37,748 nt of DNA from Paraglomus brasilianum. Lineage: Eukaryota. The notes beneath the pieces are model-generated. The model was not told where the DNA came from and did not search any database. It saw nothing but the letters and a program-made list of their open reading frames with translations. This document shows positions 23,154 through 34,120 of the stretch, in pieces. The stretch spans positions 1-37,748 of the forward strand of contig CAJVPI010000269.1 in NCBI GenBank assembly GCA_910592345.1, written 5' to 3'. A program made the position numbers and the translations under genes. Every line of letters begins with the position of its first letter. Positions within the stretch are counted from its first letter, which is position 1.

Positions 23154-26101
23154 CTAATTAGAAAGGCAGAGATTTGATGCTAGAGCCTTTGCCAAAGCTG
23201 CTGCTCCTGTCTCTCCAATCTGATTGTTAAGTAGATTCAAAGAATTCAGAAAAGAATTTGATTCTAGAGCCCTTGCTAAAGCTGCTGCTCCTGTCTCCCC
23301 AATCTGATTGTTAAGTAGATTCAAAGAATTCAAAAAAGAATTTGATTCTAGAGCCTTTGCCAAAGCTGCTGCTCCAGTATCTCCAATCAAATTACTAGTA
23401 AGATCCAAAGAAGTCAGAGAAGAATTTGATTCTAGGGCCTTTGCCAAAGCTGCTGCACCAGTATCTCCAATCAAATTACAAGTAAGATCCAAAGAAGTTA
23501 GAGAAGAATTTGATCCTAGAGCCTTTGCCAAAGTCGCTGCTCCTGTCTCTCCAATCTGATTAGCAATAAGATTCAAAGAAGTCAGAGAAGAATTTGATTC
23601 TAGAGCCTTTGACAAAGCTGCTGCACCAGTATCTCCAATCTGATTATCAATAAGATCCAAAGAAACCAGAGAAGAATTTGATTCTAGAGCCTTTGCCAAA
23701 GCTGCTGCCCCTATTTCTCCAATATTATTGTTATCTAGATTCAAAGAAGTCAGAGAAGAATATAGAGCCTTTGCCAAAGCTGCTGCTCCTGTTTCTCCAA
23801 TATGATTGTTATCTAGATTCAAAGAAGTCAGAAAAGAATTTGACTTTAGAGCCTTTGCCAAAGCTGCTGCTCCTGTATCTCCAATATGATTTTTAACTAG
23901 ATTCAAAGAAGTCAGAGAAGAGTTTGATTCTAGAGCCTTTGCCAAAGCTGCTGCTCCTGTATCTCCAATAAAATTACTACATAGACTTAAAGAATTCAGA
24001 GAAGAATTTGATTCTAGAGCCTTTGCCAAAGCTGATGCTCCTGTTTTTCCAATCTTATTCCAATGAAGATCCAGAGAAGTCAGAGAAGAATTTGATTCTA
24101 GAGCCTTTGCCAAAGCTGCTGCTCCTGTATCTCCAATAAAATTACGATGTAGACTTAAAGAATTCAGAGAAGAATTTGATTCTAGAGCCTTTGCCAAAGC
24201 TGATGCTCCTGTTTCTCTAATCTGATTATAATTAAGATCTAAAGAAGTCAAAGAAGAATTTGATTCTAGAGCCTTTGCCAAAGCTGCTGCTCCTGTTTTT
24301 CCAATCTTATTCCACTGAAGATCCAAAGAAGTCAGGGAAAAATTTGATTCTAGAGCCTTTGCCAAAGTTGATGCTTCTGTCTCTCCAATATAATTACTAT
24401 GTAGACTTAAAGAATTCAAAGAAGAATTTGATTCTAGAGCCTTTGCTAAAGCTGCTGCTCCAGTATCTCCAATATAATTACCATATAGACTTAAAGAATT
24501 CAGAGAAGAATTTGATTCTAGAGCCTTTGCCAAAGCTGCTGCAACTGTCTCTCCAATCTGATTGCTAACTAGATTCAAAGAATTCAGAGAAGAATTTGAT
24601 TCTAGAGCCTTTGCCAAAGCTGATGCTCCAGTATCTCCAATATAATTACTATGTAGACATAAAGAATTTAGAGAAGAATTTGATTCTAGAGCCTTTGCCA
24701 AAGCTGCTGCTCCTGTATCTCCAATATGATTTTTAACTAGATTCAAAGAAATCAGAGAAGAATTTGATTCTAGAGCCTTTGCCAAAGCTGCTGCTCCAGT
24801 ATCTCCAATCTGATTATCAATAAGATCCAAAGAAGTCAGAGAAGAATTTGATTCTAGAGCCTTTGCCAAAGCTGCTGCTCCTGTATCTCCCAAATTACAA
24901 TAACTCAAGTTCAACATTTTACGCAAAATTAATGGCTCAAATGGAACAATGGGTGGCCTATTAAAGAATTCGGGAATATCCAACAGTGGAAGCACATCAT
25001 GCAAAGATTTTAATTGCTTATACACTTCTTCACTCAATGGTCTTTTGTTAGGATCATTGTCCCAACATTTGGAATATAGTTCAATGTACTTTTTTGGTGT
25101 TTCTGGAGAAGGAGGATCTCTCAAGCCTTTCAATCTATATAAAACAATTTCAAAACTTTGAATCCGTCCTTCACAGGGACTTTTCCCACTAGATATTTCC
25201 CATAATATTACTCCAAAACTAAAGATGTCAGACTTTATCCCTCGTTTATATGATTCATTTTCAAAGGTGACTGGATCAATATATGCTGTATTGCCTTCAC
25301 CTCTTGATGTAGATACAGTTTGTCTTAACATGCTAGACAAACCAAAATCAGTAATCTTTGCAATGCCCCCTTGAATAAGAACATTTGCAGAAGACTGTAT
25401 ATGTACAAGTAATATCATGCATTACTATATTTATAATTCAATCATTATTTCATGTGCATGAATAGATAACATAAACACCTTACCAGATCTTTATGAACAA
25501 TATCAAGAACGTGTAGGTATCTCAACCCATTTGCAATATCCAGACCCAATTTATACTTTTCTTTCCATGTTAAATCAGTAAAATGCCTTGCTAGATGTGC
25601 ACATAGATTTCCGCCATCAGCAAATTCAAATACCATGTGATAATTGTGGGAGGTGTCTACTCATAAATCGAAGTAAGTCATAATTCTATAAAGTTTAACA
25701 TTGCATTTAACTCGCCTTGATATACTGACCTTTGCATAATCCTAAAAATCGGATAATGTTCGGATGGTCATCCACTTTCTTATGAGTTTTCAACTAATAT
25801 ACACAAAATCAGTTTAATTTTCCGATTGCAGATAGTGATTTACCGAGTGGCGACTGCTAACAGTAGTAGCAATAATAACACAAACCTCCTTGACAAACTT
25901 CTTGTACAATTCTTGTTCATCGCTATATGCGTTCAGAGATAACATCTTCATTGCAACGGTTATGTCGTTGTACTTCAACTGCGCCTTGTACACAACTCCG
26001 AACCCACCGTGGCCGACAAACGTACGGTTTAAGATTTCACTATCTAAATAGCACTTGATTATTTCGTCTTCACATATTTTATCTAGCCATTTCTTATCCA
26101 T
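23154..26101 (-). CDS. TKL-type protein kinase fused to a C-terminal array of 21 RI-like (NLRC3-type) leucine-rich repeats, 4 exons
   Basis: Exon 1 26101-25886 (GHGGFGVVY, VAMK, FVKE); exon 2 ~25793-25730 (DDHPNIIRFLG); exon 3 ~25658-25484 (MVFEFADGGNL...IVHKDL); exon 4 ~25394-23154 (SSANVLI, KITDFG, AYIDP, KSDIFSFGVILWEI, CWDNDPNKRP, then the LRRs). Confidence 0.92.
23160..24915 (-). repeat. Coding tandem repeat, 84-bp (28-aa) LRR unit x21
   Basis: Consensus SL[TN]SL[DNS]LxxNxIG[DE]TGAAALAKALESNS. The plus-strand GATTCTAGAGCCTTTGCCAAAGCTGCTGC recurs every 84 bp; one unit has a 6-bp deletion (~23760). Confidence 0.97.
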
Positions 26102-27797
26102 TTTCGCTTTAAGATATTATTTCTTGGGACGATTGAAAAATTCTCTTATCTCGCACTATATGTCACACAAGAATTTGTACCACTGAATGAAGTGAATACT
26201 TCGTCAGACGATTGTCTTGGTATCAGTAATGACTTGGTTGTCATTTAATCGATCCAGATGCTCGTTGCCTTTTCTAACAAATGAATTTGACTCGATGTTG
26301 TAAAAAAAAATTTTTTTAGCCGCTCATTCAATACAATACTACCATTTATCTACTATCTTACTGACAGTTGTCCTATGTTAAGATCATACTTGGCATTAAA
26401 ATGTGCAATTTCAGCAAGTTATCTTATGAAAGGCACAAATTTCACAGTTGTGACAACTTTTTTTTTTCGTACCTGATAAATATTATGACTAAGGGGAAAT
26501 TTATCTAACTATGATATGTATTCCATCGGAGCCGAATGTGCTTATATACAAAAGTATGACTATAAGGATTTTGTGGCTATAAAAGAGTGTACTCACAGAG
26601 GGAGTCGACTGTTTCCTTTTTGAAACAACAAGTATTGTTCCATCGAACTAATACGTCTGTTATAAGACTTATTTTATTACAACGCCAGTAATTGTTATTA
26701 TGACAGTTACTATATCCCACAGTACGACGAAGTTGAAACAATGTCACCAATTGTCAGAGCTTATAGAATCACGGTCTGTCTAAAATATTTACAGATGGTG
26801 TGAGTAGAAAAAACATCGAATAACGGCTATTTATTGTGACAAAATCAGCAATGATGATATATATTTAGTATTACGATTGAAGACGTAACATGAGTTTGTT
26901 ACCATGAAGACTAGTCACTATGCTAGCCGCTTAAACTATATCGTCAGGAAAGAATGAAGTGGTTGCTAGCTAGACTGGATCTGAAGGACGTAAGCTTCGT
27001 AAATAAGTTCGTCGGCGAAATTTGGGAATACTTTGTTCTCTTTTAAAAAATTTGTTTCCGTTCTAGTTTCTTCTTTTACGTCAAATTGTGAATAGCAATG
27101 ATAATAATTGTATGTGAACGGGGTTAGTTTACTGTAGTAAATTCACCCAATATTCTTACAGATTATCGAAGCTACAGATTATGTAATTAGCGATTGTATA
27201 CGAGAGCGGACGTAGCGAGCCGTAAGTATTTAAAAGGTCGAGGTTATACCAATCACTAACCTTGCATTAATATCAAGCTGTACATACTAGGACATCCATC
27301 CATGACCTTAAATGTCCTGATATTATTAGCGATCAAAGCACAAGAACAATTTTAATTTTGGTACTGGTGCTTTGGATCCTACTACTTGTACCTAGTGCTC
27401 ATCGATTAGGTAGTTGGTAATTTCTTTGACGTTTCTACTAGAATTAACCCCATCACAAGCGTCGGATGTTAGTATTAATAACGCATGACAAATGCGCGAT
27501 AAACAACGTTCTTCTTTATGTGCATATTATCATTTTCCCTTATACATATCACCTGTTCGTCTTATACCGGACATAGCTTCAGTAAGATAATAACTTCTGT
27601 TTGTCTATTACTCTATTTATTTCCCAGAAATATATTGTATTAATATGTTTATAAAGTCTTTTACAATTCTTAGCAATTATTACTTTATATTATACAAAGC
27701 CACAAGAACGTATGTACTGTATATTTATAAATGCTTGATATTGATGCATAAATAAAGATGAGACATGACCGGATTATCAATACCCCTCTAGTATAAT

Positions 27798-27906
27798 TCT
27801 GGCGCCTTTCTTAATTAGGATAAGTGGCATTCGATCCGATTTGATTTTGTTCTCGTTATGATGTCAAAAATGGTCATTTATCTCGTTCCAAAAGAACGGC
27901 GCCAGA
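27798..27906. repeat. Short inverted-repeat element (possible tiny MITE)
   Basis: TCTGGCGCCTTTCTT and AAGAACGGCGCCAGA form a 14/15 inverted match; no TSD seen. Confidence 0.35.
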
Positions 27907-29281
27907 TGAACGATAAGATGATACTCTGCCACGTAACTCCCTTCTCATTATTCACCAAACCCCCGTTTTAAGCCATAATCATGCATGATACTCAATACAA
28001 TAATAAGAAGCAAGCGTTACACACATCCCAAACCGTTGCACAACTCAAAGATCTATTTCATGGTAGTAGTACAACCACAATATAAAGTTTTCGATATTTC
28101 ACATCCATCAAGTAAAAAACTCGTTATAAGAAAGTTGTCTGGTCGGACTAAATACTCTCTTATATCGAAAAGCTCTTATAAAGAGAGTATTAGTCAAATC
28201 GGGCCCAGCAAAAATCTTTCTTATACACATATCAAAGGTATTATAACTGGTTTACTTGTAATAATGATTTGGTAGAATGTACTACATTACTTTTCTTGCT
28301 CGCTAATAATTAGAAGCATAAATCCTTTCGGTTGCATCGACTTCATTATCAATGCTTTTTTGTCATGATATTTCAGTGCATAAAACTGAACCGGGAACAC
28401 CCATTGTGTACTCTAGATCACAGTCTAATTCGGCCCTGTAGCAAGTCCAAACTGTGAAGAATTAGTACGACTCATTTCATACAGACAGCGCATAGCAGTG
28501 TAATCGTATGCTAGATTAAGTATACCTTATTGTAAAAGCCGTTCAATAATCAAAGAAACCTCCTTTCTTATTGTACTACCACCTTAAATAGAAATATTAA
28601 GAGTTGTGCAACATTTCGGATAATATCCGAAACGCCTCGCCTGTGAAAATTTTCCATTCATCTTTTTGTGATGCCAACTTGGTCCATGCTGTGAAATATT
28701 TCGCAACGTTATTGGATTACCGAGCGTAATCGCCGACAATTTAAAAATCTTCATCATCCATTCCAATAAACTCTGTTTACTTGATAATATGTCATTAGTA
28801 TTAGAGAGAGTATGATGAAAGACTCTATCTATTACAACTTAGTGAACGGTAATTGATCGAGTCCAAATTGCGAGAAACCAGAAAACGAGATTTCTAGTGC
28901 TACTAAGCACAAACCGTTTAACAGCTTTACACAAGTTTAATAAAGTATTTTATATTACTGTTACTGTTGCCACACGCTAAACTTTTAAGGCTGAACTGAT
29001 AGCTTTCAAGCCTTAATCAGACAAAAACCGCTTTTGTTCTGCATAACATTGGCGTACAAGCAAAAAGCGTATGTTATGCTAAAAATGACATAATGGCATG
29101 ACATAATACATGGGGTTGATTTGTCGAATACTTAAGGCTAAGTAGATGAAAATAATACATCCTTATATGACATCACCACTAACCCCGCGGTATGTCCTGT
29201 TAAAATCGACACCATCCAAAAATACCTCGATACTTTTTGATTCCCAAACTAAAAAAAACCCCCTCCTTCTCCGTTGCCAGT

Positions 29282-30762
29282 ATGAGGAACGTGGTTGATT
29301 TGTCTTTCGGTGTATCATCGGACTATGAGAATCTTTATGAAAGTGGGAAATACACTGATATTTCAATTAATGTTGGAAAAGAGCCGGACAACAAGATATT
29401 CGTTGCCCATTCAACAGTACTGTGTACTAGAAGTAAGTATCTCGAAAATGAAATAATGGCATGCGGGGAGATTCAACAACCGGTTTTGGCATTTGAAGAT
29501 ATAACACCTGATGTCTTTGAGATTTTACTGAGGTGAGACAGTACTAACATCGATCGAGCAACATGTTTGTTTGTAAAATAATAGTAACCTGCATTGTAAA
29601 CTACAGGTTTATTTATACTGGGAAAATACCCTGTAACTTGTGCGATGATATAGATTGGATTAGTCTTTTGAAAGGAGCTAGCAGGATCGAGCTAGACGAT
29701 CTTACCAATGCAATTGGGAATTACTTGATTAATCATAAAGGGCAATGGGTGCAAGCAAACATTCTTACTGTCCATAAATATGCCTTATCCACTGGCTTGT
29801 TGCAACACGTCGTCAATTATTGCAATCGACTTATGGTATCATCCCCAGCCAACCTCCTTAAATCCGGTGACATCCCAAGAGATACTGTTATTAGCCTTCT
29901 CAGAAATGAAGAGCTTAATATGGATGAAGCCGATATTTGGACATCCATTGTACAATGGGCTACTAAACAAGTTCCTGGACTCGCAAATAATCCAAACGAC
30001 TGGTCATTGGATGACGTTAACGCAGTTAAAAGAGTCTTGGCTGATTGTATACCTCATATTAGATTCTTTAACATGTCTATTACAGATTTCGCTGAGAAGA
30101 TTGTGCCGTATGAGGAAATCTTGCCAAGAGAATTACGTCATGCTATAATAAATTACTATGCCGTGCAAGACTGTAAGCCGAACGTTCCAATGCTACCACC
30201 CAGAAAGGGAAAAATCGACTCGGTTATTATCGATCAGCATCAAGCGACATGGATCTTGCAAAAGATTCTGAACCTAACTAAACGAGATCCAAGAGAATCC
30301 GACGAACAATGTGCTTTCTATAAATTCTCATTACTTTATAGACAAAGCAGGGATGGGAATCAAGTCGCAGCGTTTCAACGAAGGTGTAGAAGGAAGGGAC
30401 CTACTGTCGTTATTGGAAAAGTTGGTACCCAAGAGGTACTTGGTGGCTACAACCCAATCCCATGGGGTTCGCGAGATGACGATGGGTATGTATCAACTAG
30501 CAAAAGTTTTATTTTTGCGTTGGATAAAGATAATTTAGAAGAAAGCATTATAAGCTGCGTTGTCGATAAAGATCATGCCATTTGGGACTATTGCGAGAAT
30601 TTTCCAAGGTTTTCCACAGATCTGCAATTTGGTCGCTGTCAATGTAGCAATACTACTTATGTAAGGAAGCATGCTTATCAAAAATCAATACGACCTGGTT
30701 TGGAAGAGATTAGATTTGATTGGGTTGACTGGGAGGTATTTTTGGTTTCAAAAGTAATTTAA
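29282..30762 (+). CDS. BTB/POZ-BACK-TLDc domain protein, 2 exons
   Basis: Exons 29282-29532 and 29607-30762. BTB: YTDISINVGKEPDNKIFVAHSTVLCTRSKY...FEILLRFIYTG. BACK-like: LNMDEADIWTSIVQW...IPHIRF. TLDc: FSLLYRQSRDG...KGPTVVIGKV...VLGGYNP...SFIF...WEVF. Confidence 0.93.
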
Positions 30763-31073
30763 GATTAGAGTTTTTTTTTTTTTTTTTAGATAGCGTATTT
30801 AGATATGTAAGGAAAATTCATTGTAATTATTAGCTGTTAACAAAATAAAAAGCCAGGAATTGGTTAATCAAATCAGGCAGGACAATTGATTGTTTACTTT
30901 GAATTTTTAGTTATTTTATTTATTGAATTCGACTATTACTTTCAAATTAATTGTCGACTTTGTCCGTGACAGAAATTACTCAACATATAATTTTTATTTG
31001 TGTGTGTTTATCGAGTCAATAGAATTTGGGAATGACAAAGACAAATTTGGCAAAGCATAACAACTCGGATAAT

Positions 31074-31388
31074 GTGCGTTCTCATCAGATACCTCCACTA
31101 CCAGATATGGTAACGCTTCGAGTTACTAAATTTGGTAGGAGAGATAGCTACTTCCCCTACTGCATTTGGAAGTATCATTATTGACTAGCTCAAAATGGGC
31201 CAGGCATAAGACGCAAGCCTATTATGATATAGGGCGCTCTAATCAGTACCAGATTTGGTAACGTTTCGTTACTAAATTTGGTAGTGGAGATGGCTTAGCA
31301 CTCGGGGAGGTAAATTACCTCCCCTCTACCCCACCCAATCTACTATCTACTACTAAATATAGCAGGGGAGGTACTGATGAGAACGCAC
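31074..31388. mobile_element. MITE with ~24-bp TIRs and 3-bp AAT target duplication (PIF/Harbinger-like by TSD length)
   Basis: AAT|GTGCGTTCTCATCAGATACCTCC ... GGAGGTACTGATGAGAACGCAC|AAT, with an internal direct repeat of the left arm at ~31231-31295. Confidence 0.75.
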
Positions 31389-33626
31389 AATATTTCGACG
31401 GCTGATACCATATTTGTCAAAGTCACAATTTAAGGATACGTGTACACATAAACTCTATACAGTGATCAAAGCTATCCTCAAAGATAGCACTGAACCACAG
31501 CAAGATGAAGAGACGAGAGGTGATTCGGGAAAATTGCTGATATTATTTACACGATGATTTGCAAATATGACCCGTGATACAAAATGTGATTGAATTCCTT
31601 GTCGCACATTTATCCTCATCGCAATCTTTATTGACACCATTTGAAGCGCTTTTTTCTATTGCTCTCAGAAACCAGCGGCTTTCTCTGACCAACACGAAGA
31701 ACACGTCTTGCAGTAGTTGTACTTAACTCAGTTAGTCATAAGTTGTTAAACTTCTCCGTTATTTTATCCACACAATCCTTTCTATTAACACACAGTGCGA
31801 ATAAAATGGCATTTATCGATTGGCTTCAAAAAGAAGTAGTCTCCCGCTACGAGGGCTGGGAATTACAGCTTTATCTTTTTCAAACTTTTTTATTACGCTA
31901 TCACAGGTTGTTCTGGGTATTTTAAGTAAGCGGTTGCCCTTGTGATCTCACCTCTCTCAATCATAGTTAATTCTCGGGTTTTGGACACATTTGCTCAAGA
32001 TGTGAAGTTTAACAAACGAATTTGCTCTAAGGCAAGATAAAGTTTTCAGTATTTAAAAGATTGTTAAATTGGTCGGATTTCCACGGAGAAATCCAACGTT
32101 GAATTTAATCATCCATTGGATCGTCATTATGTGACGAATACTTTGACATTTGTCAATACAATCATATAAATTACTGGTTGAATATTCAATTCCTTTATTT
32201 GAGAAATGAGAATACACACACACATGTTTATTCAAAATATCTCTTTTCAAAAACTTGTATCTTTTAAAAATTTCCTGACGAGATTATCAACAAGTTGCTA
32301 AATTTCGATTAGTATCACGAGATTTTGCTAAACTCGTATTTTTACCCCTGAAATCACGTGGACACATCCTCACAATACATTGACCTCATAGCGATTTCAT
32401 TATGTGACGCCCACGGAAATCCTGACGATATTGTTTTACAATATTATCGCAACATTTTATACAGGTCTCGGATGATTAGTATATAAAGAGATCGCTTTAG
32501 TTCCACTTTTACTGAAGACTATTGCTTTGATTTTCACAGACAGTGGAATAGAAGAAAACTATCTCATTATACCACATGCACAGTAGATAGCCCTCCTGTA
32601 TTTGCGAGTGCGACAAATGCATGGTGCTAAGCAAACTTGTTACTCGCCTCTCAATAAAATCTATAAATCGAGTGCTTTTTTTCGGCCATATAATTTATAT
32701 CTGTACTTGATTGTTGCCTTCCTTTCTCTGGCAAACTGTCTACCTACATTTACTTTATAATAATGTTTAAGTTCATGTCCGATCTTTGAAATGAAATTAG
32801 ATTTAGAATTTTATAGCCTTGTGGCTGTTAAGAAGTGTCACTTGCAAATACGTTTAATTTTATACAGTGTGATAAAGTTATATTGTAATGCTGAAATCCA
32901 CATGTTCGATTTCTATTACCTAATTGTCGCGGGTATCATGGCTTATTACAGTATTTCAAATTACGTTCATGGTACACATTACCTTTTTTCAAAAAAGCAA
33001 AAATTATCCTAATTACATTCGTTGAGAAGGGGCACACATGATAAAAATATATATTTACACCATGTCATACTCCCATATATGAACAGATAAAGGAGGAGAT
33101 AATTAACAAATACATTATTACAACATTTTCTTGGCTTTAATTCTTCGTCTGTTAGTTTCATCTGATGTATTGTATGGCTTGGACGGGGAATATAGTCGCA
33201 TTTAGGCTGGAAATTTGATTACGCCATGGCTCGGCTCGTAACGAAGTTTGAGCAGGGGGTATAGTTGTTGCAGACTTATGAGAAACGTAACATTTGAATG
33301 GTTTGATCTGTAGGGTGAATGAAAAATAAATAGAAGTCTACTCTACCCAATATACACATACTCTGCCCCTAAGTCACTGTCTGAGTGATCAGGCGACAAA
33401 GGCTTTCTCCCACTTATTAATTTTCCCTTGTCAATATCACTTTTGGCATCCGTCAATGCATCCATCAACCGGGTCTTTGCGTCGTCAAACGTTTCTTTGT
33501 CTCTACAAACTCTTGCTTCGAGTCTTCCATTTCCTTGTTTATTAGTGTCGCACTTAATGCCAGTAATATACTAGCGCTCATTAGTGGCTTAACCAATGAC
33601 GTATATCTCACTGACAATTGATGCGC

Positions 33627-33657
<31 letters not shown>

Positions 33658-34120
33658 GACTTCTAATAGTGCTCCAGTTTCAACCGTGCGATATAATATT
33701 AAAAATTGGCACATTGAAGCATAGAGGATATTTGACAGGGGGAATTGGAATTCTATTTCAAAAGTAATTTAGTAAATTGGTTACGATGACGTTTTAAAAA
33801 TGACGGTGAGCGAACGAACTTTCTTTATTTAGCATCTTACTCGCTTTCAACTAATGTATTAGTCATTACATTGTAGCATAATAGATTTTCGTACTGCTTT
33901 GTTTTGATAAGAATGAGAAGAGAAAAAAAGGTATTTAGAGTATTAGCTCAGGAAAATTTAATTAAAAGTGCGAAAGTGTCATATGTAATCCTGTTTGGGG
34001 TTCCTAAAAACCGCGGCGTAAATATCCCAAACCCGTAACATCGGATGTGCAACCGTACGTGTAACACAAGTGTTTGAAAAACGATATTTGCCCACTTTAC
34101 GAAAAATTTTTTATTCAACC

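Noticed and set aside
23160..24915. Regular repeats with variable inserts resembling a CRISPR array
   Set aside because: The 84-bp period is an in-frame coding LRR; the variable parts are homologous codons, there are no cas genes, and the context is eukaryotic.
23308..25161. Plus-strand ORFs 23308-23559, 23678-23896, 24260-24568, 24949-25161
   Set aside because: Antisense shadows of the kinase-LRR exon.
28300..28800. Possible decayed minus-strand multi-exon gene (FIGMDDEDF*IVGDYAR*SNNVAKYFTAW...)
   Set aside because: Multiple stops and no recognisable family.
29780..30538. Alternative-frame ORFs within the BTB-TLDc gene (and similar ones within AP4B1 and the 34121 kinase)
   Set aside because: Off-frame or antisense overlaps of well-supported exons, with no motifs of their own.
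33120..33560. Possible minus-strand two-exon fragment with a GTATGT...CTACAG intron (33361-33308)
   Set aside because: No convincing start or recognisable domain; may be a pseudogene relic but unsupported.
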